Shown one piece after another: positions 10,540 to 20,134 of a DNA stretch of 64,000 nucleotides (the stretch's first letter is position 1; each line of letters begins with the position of its first letter). The DNA comes from a virus. The stretch covers positions 2,254 through 66,253 of IMG/VR virus record IMGVR_UViG_3300042397_000475, one strand, 5' to 3'. The translations under genes and the position numbers were made by a program. Below the pieces are notes generated by a model. It was given only the letters and a program-made list of their open reading frames with translations. It had not been told where the DNA came from and made no database searches.

Positions 10540-11871
10540 TTATAGAGAGAATTTAACGAAGTGCTCGTTACCTACTGTTTCTAAACCTTCGATAGAGCTG
10601 TACACGATATCTAAAGTATCAGTGTCAGAAGTTGGAGTTGGCGCTAAACCACCCAACATCTTCTCGCGGAAACGAGAGTTAACACCATCTGGCATCTCTA
10701 AATAACGTAACATCATGCGGTCTACTTGACCACCACCTTGCTCAACCTTAATCTTTCCAGCAGGAACTAAATAAGATTCCTTAGTGAAAGCTGTAGCTCC
10801 ACCTACTGAAGTTACTTGAGGGTGAGACAATGCATTTAAACGCTTCTTGTGGAATGTACGTCCGTAAGCAGAGAATGAGCTAATACCCATTGCAATTGCT
10901 ACGTCTTTCTTTCCTCCAAATGCAGCGTAGTTGATAGCACCGTTAATGAACAATGGCTTGCTTAACATTTGAGTGTCAAAAGCATTGTCGAAATCAGCAC
11001 CAGCCCATAATTGGTATTCTGCTGGACAACGATTAGCATCCATTAAACGACCTAATGCCGCTAAGTCAGATAATTCAAAAGTATTTGATGTAGCTGTAGA
11101 AGCTGAAATACCACCTGCGTTAACAATAGTATCGCGTAAACCACGAGTTGTATTGATAGCGTTACCAGCAGCATCAGTTAAACCTGCAGACTCACGACCG
11201 AATAAGATAGAATAAAGGATATCCATACGGTGCTTCAAATACGCATCGTGCTGTTGCTTTAAGAAGTAGTAAGGCTTTCCTTTAAACTCAACCTCAATCT
11301 TAGAACCGTAAGCGATATCTGTGATAGAAGTTTTAGTTTTGAAAATCTGTAACTTGTTAGAACGCTTAATCAAGTCAGACTTACGCATTTGGTTAGAACC
11401 AGTTCCTTCCGCATATGCGTTAGACATAAATGATAACTTAGAACCAGTTGTAGCAGCAGGGATAACATCTGCAGAGTTAACTGGCTTAACAGTCAATACG
11501 AAGTCAGTAGCAGAAGAAATAGCTGATACATAACCTACAACACCGTTAGCAAACAATACTAATTCACCTACTAATGGCTTAACAGAAGTTGCGCCAACGC
11601 AAGTGATATCTACTGAAGCACCAGCTGAACCCGCAGAAGTACCTGGAGTTTTAACTGTAGCTGTAGCATATAAGAAGTTGTTTTGTACAGTGAAATACTC
11701 AGTTTGAGCAGTAGCCTTAGCCTTACCTGTCCAATCTAAGATATCCAACATAGACGCTTCCTCATCATAGATGTCAAGTACGTCCTTTAAAATTTCACGT
11801 TGCTCTAACGTGTTTGTGAATGATACAGTCGACAAGAATGTTCTGTCGATGTTACCCGCTGCAATAGCCAT
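10540..11871 (-). CDS. Major capsid protein (crAss-like, HK97 fold)
   Basis: 443 aa; SNAYAEGT...RSNKLQIFK...TTRGL motifs; follows portal and scaffold; strong terminator downstream. Confidence 0.85.
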   Translation of the reverse strand: MAIAAGNIDRTFLSTVSFTNTLEQREILKDVLDIYDEEASMLDILDWTGKAKATAQTEYFTVQNNFLYATATVKTPGTSAGSAGASVDITCVGATSVKPLVGELVLFANGVVGYVSAISSATDFVLTVKPVNSADVIPAATTGSKLSFMSNAYAEGTGSNQMRKSDLIKRSNKLQIFKTKTSITDIAYGSKIEVEFKGKPYYFLKQQHDAYLKHRMDILYSILFGRESAGLTDAAGNAINTTRGLRDTIVNAGGISASTATSNTFELSDLAALGRLMDANRCPAEYQLWAGADFDNAFDTQMLSKPLFINGAINYAAFGGKKDVAIAMGISSFSAYGRTFHKKRLNALSHPQVTSVGGATAFTKESYLVPAGKIKVEQGGGQVDRMMLRYLEMPDGVNSRFREKMLGGLAPTPTSDTDTLDIVYSSIEGLETVGNEHFVKFSL

Positions 11872-11897
11872 TTTTTAAATAATTTAATTGTTAAACA

Positions 11898-12977
11898 CTA
11901 TTTTTTAGTAATAGTCATACCTTGTAAGAATGCAATCGGGTCATCTGATGGTCTTTCAATATTGTTAGACTCGATAACCGTCTTGTTAATCGTCGGAGGT
12001 ACAACATTCTTTAGTTCAGACTCCATCGCCTTGCGTCCTAAAGACTTTCCGTGTTTAATTAACTCGCTTATAAATTGAGTTGGATTCTGTGCGAATGCAA
12101 CTGTTTTTGTCCACTTATCCCAATCAACACTTCCGTCTTTTGCAAAGATGGAAAGGAACTTGTTTGAGTCCATTGCATAATCAACTACAACATTTGGGTC
12201 TTGAATCTGGTAGTTAATACCCTCTCCGTTTGCCCCGACTTTAATAATGTTGTCTTTAATCACACTAGAGACTCCTTCACTAATAATCTTTCTGCTCTGT
12301 TCTTGTTGAGCAGCTAGTTCTTCTTGCGAAGGATCATTCGGAACTTGTGGTGTGGAATTAACATTGTTTAGGAATTGCTGTTGCTCTTCCATAAAAGTTT
12401 TTCTCAGCTTTTGTGCATCTCGCCTTAATAAAGCCTCTCCAACTTCTTTGTCTTCCTCATCATAAGCATCCAACCCGTATTTTTCTAGCTCCTTGTCAAA
12501 TAGCTTTTGTCTTGCTTTAGGGCTTAAGTCATAGTTATCTGTATCAAACTTGACTTTTAGCACTTCTAAATCCGACATTTCTGTATAGTCGACTTCGGTT
12601 GCTCTTAAGAAAGGTTGCAGTGTACCATACATCTCGTAGTACTGTACAGCTTTCTCAATAAACGGGTCTTTAAATTGATACTGCGCAACTGGTTTTTCTT
12701 CCGTTTTTGACTCCTCTGTTGTTTCCTGAATCTTATCAGGTTCTTGTACAACAGTTTCTGTCGAATATCCTTCAGAATCATCTACTTGCGTAGTACTTTC
12801 TACTGAATCCTCAACGTTCTGAGGCTCATTATCTTCATTAGAATCATCAGTTCCTTCAACTTCAGTGCTATCATCTGCACTAGTAGTTTCCTCGGAAGTC
12901 TCTGTTGTTTCTTCTGTTGGTGTTTCAATTGGTTCGTTTTTAGACAATAATTCGTCTAGGTTAATTGGCTCTGCCAT
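11898..12977 (-). CDS. Putative capsid scaffolding protein
   Basis: 359 aa; very acidic disordered N-terminus; between portal and major capsid genes. Confidence 0.7.
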   Translation of the reverse strand: MAEPINLDELLSKNEPIETPTEETTETSEETTSADDSTEVEGTDDSNEDNEPQNVEDSVESTTQVDDSEGYSTETVVQEPDKIQETTEESKTEEKPVAQYQFKDPFIEKAVQYYEMYGTLQPFLRATEVDYTEMSDLEVLKVKFDTDNYDLSPKARQKLFDKELEKYGLDAYDEEDKEVGEALLRRDAQKLRKTFMEEQQQFLNNVNSTPQVPNDPSQEELAAQQEQSRKIISEGVSSVIKDNIIKVGANGEGINYQIQDPNVVVDYAMDSNKFLSIFAKDGSVDWDKWTKTVAFAQNPTQFISELIKHGKSLGRKAMESELKNVVPPTINKTVIESNNIERPSDDPIAFLQGMTITKK

Positions 12978-12999
12978 ATTATTCTATTGTTTGGTTATG

Positions 13000-13007
13000 C
13001 AAATGTA
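13000..13007 (-). promoter_or_regulatory. Bacteroidota -7 promoter element (TACATTTG) for scaffold/capsid genes
   Basis: Consensus match; 21-nt identity with the 10455-10475 element. Confidence 0.7.
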
Positions 13008-13017
13008 TAAACTATTA

Positions 13018-15312
13018 TTACTTATTTCCAAGCTCCTTTTCGCTCTTCTTAATCTGGGCAATGTATTCTCGGCTATCTGCTTCAATCTTAGCCGTATTAA
13101 TTTTGCCCTCAAGCTTACCTTGCTCAATCATTGCCTCATTTTGTAATTTCATAGCCAATAATTGTGCATCTAACTGTGCTTGTCTCTCCATTATCTGCAT
13201 TTTTGCTGCAGCTTCTACCTGTAGAGTCTGTTGCTTAGCTTGCTCAGCTGCCATTGCTGACTGCTGTTGGATTTGACCATTCATTTGCTGTTGCTCTAAA
13301 GCACGTTTCTGCTTCTCTTGCTCGTTCTGCTTAATTTTGTATGCAAGCATTACCTCAGCATACTTCATATTCTCAAGATTCTCTAGCATAATAGCATCAG
13401 CTAAAGTAATTTGTCCAGATTGAATAGCAAGATTAACTCTTTGAGCTAATTTTTCCTTTTCAAACTCAGTAGGCTTCTGTGATACTACCAATCCGCACTC
13501 GTGAGCGCTTGTATTAGGGTCTAATTTAAAGAATTGTACAGATGAACTACCTAATGCTCTAATATATCCTTCAATACCACCATTCTCTACAGAATCTTGG
13601 ATGCGTAATGTTAAATCATAACACAACTTCTCTAATAATTCGCGTTCAGCGCGTTTAATAAAGTCTAGAGAGTTGTTAGTTGATTCAGATGCATACTTCG
13701 CCACACCATTTAATGTTCGTGGGTCAGGTGTTGAACCATCTGTAATCTCATTAAATCCTAAAATATCGCGAAGTAATTGGATATTATTAGTAATGATATT
13801 AAAGTATTGAGTTGCCTCGCTACCAATACCGTTATCAAGCTCCTCAATAGGCTTATAGTTACTAGCTGTACCCTCATCAGATAAACGGCGATAAACCAAG
13901 TTACCTGTCTGATTGTACAAGTCAATAATCTGCATAGGAGTTAATGCCTTGCCTCCTCTACCAATTGGCACATTCTCTAATGCACCAATCTCAATCATAA
14001 TACCACGAGGACGTGCGCGTAGCATCACGTTCTGTAGTTTGTACCAAGCTAACTGAATCTGGTCAGCAATAGCTTTCATTTGGCTACCTAATGAATAAGT
14101 AACCATTTGATAGATGTTAGGCGCAACAACGTGATACGAAAGCGTAGTGTTTGATAAATCAGACTTTGCGCGCTTCATATTTGTAGCCAACTTGCAATCA
14201 AAGAAGATATCGCTATCTACAATCCATTTGCCTTGGTAAACAACTTTATAGTCAGTCTTAGAATATTTCTTATCTTTGCGACCTGGTTTTGCTTTAGCAG
14301 CTCTTCCAACAACAACGTTGCCCTTAGAGTTAATTCTTTCTTCTAAAATAAGGCTATTAACAGAGTAGAACTCAATATCTAATACTGAGATACGGAATCC
14401 GTCATAATTTTTAGTTTGATTAAATCCTGTATTCTTAACTAACGTAGGATTACCCATCTTGTTAGTGTATTTCTCAGCAATCTGCTCATACTGCTCTGCA
14501 GTAATTTGGTCTCCAGCTAATTCTTTTAAGTCAGAGATTGTCATCTCCACTACCTCGCCCATATACTGGACGTCCTTGAATGATGGATTAGTCGTATAAG
14601 ACATAACCATATTCGAAGGATTTACGCGGCGAATTTTAATATTACCAGCTGCGTCAAAGTATTCTCTGTATCCTGCAATACCAAAGTCGTGAAGGTCTTC
14701 AATTGCTAACGCGCGCTCCTGCTCAAAGCTATTCATATTTAACACAAGCTCAATTGCTTGCTCCATCTCAATAGCCATTCTATGCTTATATGAATAGTTC
14801 ATATACATATCAAGCTCCTGAAGATTAGCCGCATCAATATCAGCGCCTGGAATTAACTCAGGGTCAAGACCTTGCTTCTCGAATTCTTCTTTAAGGATTA
14901 ATTTAGCAGCGTTATCTGCGTAGAATTTATTCTTGTCGTCTTGTGCAATAGGGTCAATTGCGTCTACAGAAATGTTGAAGTCAGACTTCATTAAAGTAGC
15001 AAGCGCAATACGACGGAACTTAGGGATAATAGGTAAGATGTCCCAGCTTATGTTTGCTGTTGACTGGTCTTCATTAGCAGTGGACGATGGGTTAACCAAC
15101 TTCTTATATCTGCTAATAGACTGTTTACCAAGCATATAAAGCTTGATTTCGTGATAGTTTTCGCGACCATTGTAAAGTTGATTAGGGTAATAGGTTCCAA
15201 AGTCTCGCCAAGCAGCTTTAATGTATTGTGAAATCCAATTCTTGTCTTTTTTCTCGGTCTCGATTAAATGACTTGGAAAGTCCATATTCTTTGGTACATC
15301 TTTTTCCATCAT
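13018..15312 (-). CDS. Portal protein (crAss-like)
   Basis: 764 aa next to the terminase; LPIIPKF, AIDP and ILGFNEITDGSTP motifs; Q-rich coiled-coil C-terminus. Confidence 0.88.
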   Translation of the reverse strand: MMEKDVPKNMDFPSHLIETEKKDKNWISQYIKAAWRDFGTYYPNQLYNGRENYHEIKLYMLGKQSISRYKKLVNPSSTANEDQSTANISWDILPIIPKFRRIALATLMKSDFNISVDAIDPIAQDDKNKFYADNAAKLILKEEFEKQGLDPELIPGADIDAANLQELDMYMNYSYKHRMAIEMEQAIELVLNMNSFEQERALAIEDLHDFGIAGYREYFDAAGNIKIRRVNPSNMVMSYTTNPSFKDVQYMGEVVEMTISDLKELAGDQITAEQYEQIAEKYTNKMGNPTLVKNTGFNQTKNYDGFRISVLDIEFYSVNSLILEERINSKGNVVVGRAAKAKPGRKDKKYSKTDYKVVYQGKWIVDSDIFFDCKLATNMKRAKSDLSNTTLSYHVVAPNIYQMVTYSLGSQMKAIADQIQLAWYKLQNVMLRARPRGIMIEIGALENVPIGRGGKALTPMQIIDLYNQTGNLVYRRLSDEGTASNYKPIEELDNGIGSEATQYFNIITNNIQLLRDILGFNEITDGSTPDPRTLNGVAKYASESTNNSLDFIKRAERELLEKLCYDLTLRIQDSVENGGIEGYIRALGSSSVQFFKLDPNTSAHECGLVVSQKPTEFEKEKLAQRVNLAIQSGQITLADAIMLENLENMKYAEVMLAYKIKQNEQEKQKRALEQQQMNGQIQQQSAMAAEQAKQQTLQVEAAAKMQIMERQAQLDAQLLAMKLQNEAMIEQGKLEGKINTAKIEADSREYIAQIKKSEKELGNK

Positions 15313-15315
15313 AGC

Positions 15316-17325
15316 TTAAAATGGGAATATCTCCCTTATATCGTATATTTTCTGTTTTTGCTCTACTCTTTCACTAAATTTAGACTTGTTAGCCTGTATT
15401 AACGTATAACCAGATGCCATCGCGGCGTCAAACTTGGTTGTCTTGTTAATATCAAAAGTTAACCAGTCTTTTAATAATCGCATAAAGATAACCTTTTCTA
15501 CGTTCTCTGTAATATAACTTTCTGTCACTTCTGCAATCTGCTGGTGCGTCTTAACTGTTGCAGAGATTCCATACTTACTAGCGCCAGGCAGTTTAACCAA
15601 AAACTTATCATAACCCCTGTACTCAAAGTACTTAATCAATCCAACCTTGTTATCCTCGGATAATATTTCGCATCCAAAGAAGTGACAAAGCTTAATCATA
15701 TCCTCGTAGAATATCTCAGCCTTCTCAGGTCTGTTAAGGTATTCAACTAAGAATGTCTCACTAAACTCATCTAGCGCATCATATCTTCTATACACATATG
15801 CAGCACCATCTGACCGCTCCTTACTTGTTGTAATGCTATGGTCAAAGGGGTCAACTGCTATTGCGTACTTCTTGCTTTCCTTAGGTACTTTGCGAGTACC
15901 GTACTCATCTACTTGGTTAAAGTTAGCGTAGTCGTATATGTTAAGTTTCTTATGAACTAAGAACTTCCCATTAGACGTCTCGTTGAAAACAACTCTACTG
16001 TCCCGCTCTGCTTTTTCCCAAACAAATTCTCCACGCAAATATAAATCTTTTTCAGCAATCCACGATATAGATTCCATCTGTCTGTTCAATGCCATCGCAT
16101 CATACAAACAAGTCTCAGCTTCACTAAAGAATGCCTCGCCTATCGTAAAAGGGTTCTTGCGGATAAAAGAAGCCAATGCGCGTGGGTCCATCTCTAAAGC
16201 AGCACGTTCTGCTAAGTAAAATTCTTTTGCCTTCTCTTCGTCAGCTTGACCAAACTTGTCATAGAACAATGTCTTATAAGCAGGCATAAAGTACTGATAT
16301 AGTCCTGAGCGTGTTCTGCCGTTAGCATTCTTTTCGTTCTGATTAGATGCGTCCCATAACATTTTAAAGGATTCTCCACCATCTTCCATTTCCTCAACGG
16401 TGGTGGTGTATAAAGCCTTGCCGATAATGTTCTCCTCCTGCTGGAGACAGAACTGCAAGACCTGATGTCTGTCGTAGACGTCAACGTTCTTAGTCTTACC
16501 TGCCTCATCACCTAGGTAGCGGTGAAGTTTCATACCGTCATAAGCAAACTTATCAGCCGATTTAAAAGTAATAGATGATTCAAGCTCAATCTTTTCAGCA
16601 AAAATGTCGTCAGTTGCACCTCGTTTATTTGTTTTAAAAAATCTAAGTTCTCCTTTAGGGGTCATACCCTTCTCAGTATCGTATATAGGAACAAAGAAGT
16701 CAGGTAAGTACTTGAATGGCATAATAACACCCTTAGCAAATACGTTCTCCTTAGCATCCTCAAATGTCTTCGATTGGATACCCGCGTTCTTATTCTTGCT
16801 TCTAGAGGTTAATTCAAATAGGAATGCACCTGCGCGCATAGTCTTTCCTTGACGACGCTTCGTTACCTCAACCATTCCTAGGCAATTAGGGTCTTGTACA
16901 CAGTACTCTAGGAACATAAAGAAGTCCCTGTCAGTCATCCTAAAAGAAGGATAGCCTACGTCAAGCTTCCAATGCACTAGGTAAAAGTAATGCAGACCTG
17001 TTATGTAAGTAGCGTGACCATTGTTGTAAAACCAGAATCCATTAAGACGCCTGTCCCACTCTTGGTTGCGGTATTCCTGTAGTTCAGGGTTATAATATCC
17101 TGGACTTGTCTTTTGAGCCGCAATCTCTTTCTTACGTTTTGTTTCGTAGTCTTTAGGTGGCTCAGGTCTTTCCCAGTATTGGTAGTCCTTCTTAACAGAC
17201 CGCGCCATTATCTCGCGCTTCTCCCACTGGTTAGTAATAATGTTATAGACATAGCCATTAGGCGGGATACTAACCGTTATACCATTAATCTCATAAGGCT
17301 TACCCTTGGGATGTTTTCTATACAT
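15316..17325 (-). CDS. terL: Terminase large subunit
   Basis: Walker A KRRQGKT, Walker B YLGDEAGK, nuclease motifs IAVDPF and KFDAAMASG. Confidence 0.92.
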   Translation of the reverse strand: MYRKHPKGKPYEINGITVSIPPNGYVYNIITNQWEKREIMARSVKKDYQYWERPEPPKDYETKRKKEIAAQKTSPGYYNPELQEYRNQEWDRRLNGFWFYNNGHATYITGLHYFYLVHWKLDVGYPSFRMTDRDFFMFLEYCVQDPNCLGMVEVTKRRQGKTMRAGAFLFELTSRSKNKNAGIQSKTFEDAKENVFAKGVIMPFKYLPDFFVPIYDTEKGMTPKGELRFFKTNKRGATDDIFAEKIELESSITFKSADKFAYDGMKLHRYLGDEAGKTKNVDVYDRHQVLQFCLQQEENIIGKALYTTTVEEMEDGGESFKMLWDASNQNEKNANGRTRSGLYQYFMPAYKTLFYDKFGQADEEKAKEFYLAERAALEMDPRALASFIRKNPFTIGEAFFSEAETCLYDAMALNRQMESISWIAEKDLYLRGEFVWEKAERDSRVVFNETSNGKFLVHKKLNIYDYANFNQVDEYGTRKVPKESKKYAIAVDPFDHSITTSKERSDGAAYVYRRYDALDEFSETFLVEYLNRPEKAEIFYEDMIKLCHFFGCEILSEDNKVGLIKYFEYRGYDKFLVKLPGASKYGISATVKTHQQIAEVTESYITENVEKVIFMRLLKDWLTFDINKTTKFDAAMASGYTLIQANKSKFSERVEQKQKIYDIREIFPF

Positions 17326-17878
17326 TAGCTATTGATTCAGGTGTAAGATTAAGAATCTCACTCTTCTTCTCTTTAGTGTCACCAAAGAGCTTCTCTTCGT
17401 AAGCATCAATTCTTTTAATAATAGCATCGCACTCCTGCATTAACTTGGTCTTAATCTCAAGAGCTTGCAGTTTATCTTTGTCATTTTTAAAATCCTTAAT
17501 AGGAGTTAATAACTCTTGCTGATACTGCCACAATACCTCCTCGTTAGCAGCCAATACTGACCACACCTTAGACGATTGATGGCGCAGATAGGAGTTTATA
17601 TAGACTAGTATATTATTGTTGCTTAAATCAAAGATACTAGATGTGTCTCCTTTAATGCCTGCCATTTCAGCAGCCTCCTCTTTACGCTCCTGTATGTTGG
17701 ATATCTTTAATCGCAGTGGACTCTTTTGGTCGTATATGAGTGCAACGTAAATAAGGATTGGAATATCCGAACTGGGTGGGTTGCCAAATACCTGTTTGAT
17801 AATTGGATTTTTTGCAAGGTTGCTATCGTTGATAGGTATTGCTAAGTCTGCGAAATCTTCTTTGTTGAATAATGCCAT
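17318..17878 (-). CDS. Hypothetical protein, possible terminase small subunit
   Basis: 186 aa from the likely start MALFNK at 17878; overlaps the terL start. Confidence 0.55.
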   Translation of the reverse strand: MALFNKEDFADLAIPINDSNLAKNPIIKQVFGNPPSSDIPILIYVALIYDQKSPLRLKISNIQERKEEAAEMAGIKGDTSSIFDLSNNNILVYINSYLRHQSSKVWSVLAANEEVLWQYQQELLTPIKDFKNDKDKLQALEIKTKLMQECDAIIKRIDAYEEKLFGDTKEKKSEILNLTPESIANV

Positions 17879-18061
17879 ATCTGTTATGCTCCTACTATAT
17901 GTTACGTGGTATTGAAAATCGGCGGCGGCGCGGCGTCCCAATTCTTTTTCTTTTTTTTATCTTCTAAAGGAAACAAGTTTCCTTTTTGTTTCAATGGTTT
18001 GATAGTCTTTAGGCTCCGCGCAATATTGTTTATTAATACTTATTTATTATATTATATATTA

Positions 18062-18157
18062 TGTGCTGCCACAGCATCATAGGTATGCTGCTACAGCATC
18101 AGAGGGTATGCTGCCACAGCATCATAGGGGTATGCTGCTACAACAGCATAGGGGGTA
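18062..18157. repeat. Iteron-like tandem array (4 copies, ~22-27 bp, core ATGCTGCYACAGCAT) beside an AT-rich tract
   Basis: Direct repeats with internal palindrome ATGCTG/CAGCAT; AT-rich 18022-18062; reverse complement matches the repeats at 27222-27297. Confidence 0.85.
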
Positions 18158-18802
18158 CTAGTATTTTGTAGACAAAATATCGCTTTGGCGCACTGTATAG
18201 TAGTCTTTTCCCTCAATCTTGTTTACAAAGTTTGAGTTCTTGTTTAACAAAACAAGCGAACCTGTGCTAATTCCCAGCTCATCTTCACCAACTAATGGCT
18301 TACCAATATGTACTAACCTAGCAAACTTAGTTGATGGCTTTTTATTGATACCAATTACTAGTCCAGATGCCGATGTTATAGCTTCAATTTTCTGACCACC
18401 AACTTCAACCGTATTAAACTCCTCTTCAACCACCGTCTCACATAAAGTCCAGCTGCCAACAGGTAATATATTACCACTCCTAACGACACAAAATACCCAA
18501 TAATAAGGTACTTTATAATAGTTCCCGTAGATACAGTTCGTTTCATCAGATGTAGTTAAGTAATGAAAGTAAATAATGTCTCCTACCTGCACTTCTTTTT
18601 CTATCTCAACGTTCTCTTCGTTGTAAGCCTTTCCATCAGGAACAGCTATGACACGACCATAGATTCTAGCGTATTGTGTAGGATTAAATTCAGGGTCTAT
18701 ATGGAGCTTTAAATTACCGAACTGGACAGTATCATCCATTGAAGCACCGACTTCAACCACGACCGTATTTGGTGGCGATTTTTTGATATCGTAAGTAAGC
18801 AT
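18158..18802 (-). CDS. GroES-like co-chaperonin (tandem domains)
   Basis: 214 aa; GRVIAVP...EVQVGDIIYF and TSASGLVIG GroES-like motifs; lies upstream of the terminase genes. Confidence 0.7.
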   Translation of the reverse strand: MLTYDIKKSPPNTVVVEVGASMDDTVQFGNLKLHIDPEFNPTQYARIYGRVIAVPDGKAYNEENVEIEKEVQVGDIIYFHYLTTSDETNCIYGNYYKVPYYWVFCVVRSGNILPVGSWTLCETVVEEEFNTVEVGGQKIEAITSASGLVIGINKKPSTKFARLVHIGKPLVGEDELGISTGSLVLLNKNSNFVNKIEGKDYYTVRQSDILSTKY

Positions 18803-19410
18803 TAAAATGTTTGTTTGGTTTGTAAAGGTAAAGATAGATAGATACCCACACATATCCAATTCTTTCCTCTATATGTTTCCACTGCCAGTTTGCTTTAAAC
18901 GCAGTTTTTTATAGCGTGTAGTTGTTTGTTGAAGGTTATATATATTATCGGACGGGTCGCGCACACGAATGGCAAACGGGATTTTCCGATGGGGTGGGTT
19001 CACTTTCCCAAATCCAAATTCCGAAATTATGGTCAATGTATCTATGTGGTACAATAAACAATTTCCTAATGTATCCTTGTGGTACAATGACTGCTGTGCT
19101 ATACTGTTCTACTCTCACGGCTACCACTTCGAGAGAATAAATGCAACAACGTTGCAAGAAGGAACTAATGTATGCAATGTAATGTACCAAAATGATGCAA
19201 TAGGATTAACTGAGGGCGTATTTGTCCAAGGCGAACTATCCGCCACACACCACACCCCTAAAAAAACCCCCCATTTTACTAGCATTCGATTTAAGGGGTC
19301 ATATCTTCGATTTAAGACACTTTACCCCCTCAAATGTCCATTCTATCCACCCTAAGCGAGATAATGCCTTAGACGCAAAATCGGGGTAATTTTGATGTTA
19401 AAAATTCTGC

Positions 19411-19539
19411 TATACGCGTGTACGTGTGTGATGTGCGCCTACGCGTGTGTACTCGCGTGTACGTGCGTGTATGTGCATACCTGCGCGACGTGTGTACGCT
19501 TGCGCGTGTCGTGATGTGCGCGCGATACGCGTGTGTGCG
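19411..19539. repeat. Alternating purine-pyrimidine tract (CG/TG/TA dinucleotides)
   Basis: tatacgcgtgtacgtgtgtg...gcgcgcgatacgcgtgtgtgcg, ~130 bp, non-coding, at the strand switch. Confidence 0.85.
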
Positions 19540-19680
19540 GTTTCAGTATCTTTTAAAGGGGATTCTCTGAGAAAAGTACAAAAAGGGTATATTTTCGTTG
19601 TATTATTCTAAGAAAATGGGGATTTCGTCGACACATTTCGGGATTTCGTCTCATATCTAGGTTATTTTAAGGGGGTGCTA

Positions 19681-19710
19681 TTGTAAATCAAAAAGTTTAG
19701 GCAATCTTTG
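19681..19710 (+). promoter_or_regulatory. Probable early promoter (TTG ... AATCTTTG)
   Basis: Near-consensus Bacteroidota -33/-7 elements directly upstream of the structured RNA. Confidence 0.55.
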
Positions 19711-19717
19711 TAATGTC

Positions 19718-20133
19718 ATCACGGGGAAACGTCCTCAGAGGCAAAATATCCACTTTTTGTGGGGGTAAAGAGAACACCCTAAATTCTCCCTGTCCCGAAA
19801 GAGGGGCATTGCAGGCAAGTATACTGAACGCACGGATTGGCTCAGTAAGTAGAACGCCCCACATAGCACCATTACGCTAGGCACTTGGATGAGCAGTTTA
19901 TCGCTCCAGTGTATAAACCTCCCGACCTGATACATACGATGGTCGACTGCGGTAGTCAGCTAGGTTAAACCCGATGCCCCCGCGATATGTGAGCCTCTAC
20001 TTGCATCCCTAATTGACGGAAGGTTAAAAGTTCTGCGCGGTAGAGGGAAGATTTTATGCAAGGTTCTGTGGACTGAACCTGCCCGTCAGCAAAGGCGGTT
20101 ACAAAAGCGCCACTCATTCAAGGCTTATGAATA
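19718..20133 (+). ncRNA. Large structured non-coding RNA, family unknown
   Basis: GC-richer, no credible ORF; more than 10 complementary helices, including a closing helix 19718-26/19978-86 and crossing helices 19994-20001/20039-46, 20000-06/20056-62, 20014-19/20083-88. Confidence 0.65.
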
Positions 20134-20134
20134 C

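Noticed and set aside
18062-18157. Mini-CRISPR
   Set aside because: The repeats are directly adjacent with no unique spacers, and they match the initiator iterons
18869-19355. Overlapping ORF-track ORFs (72-128 aa) on both strands
   Set aside because: Mutually overlapping, atypical composition, no leader motif; more likely a non-coding control region
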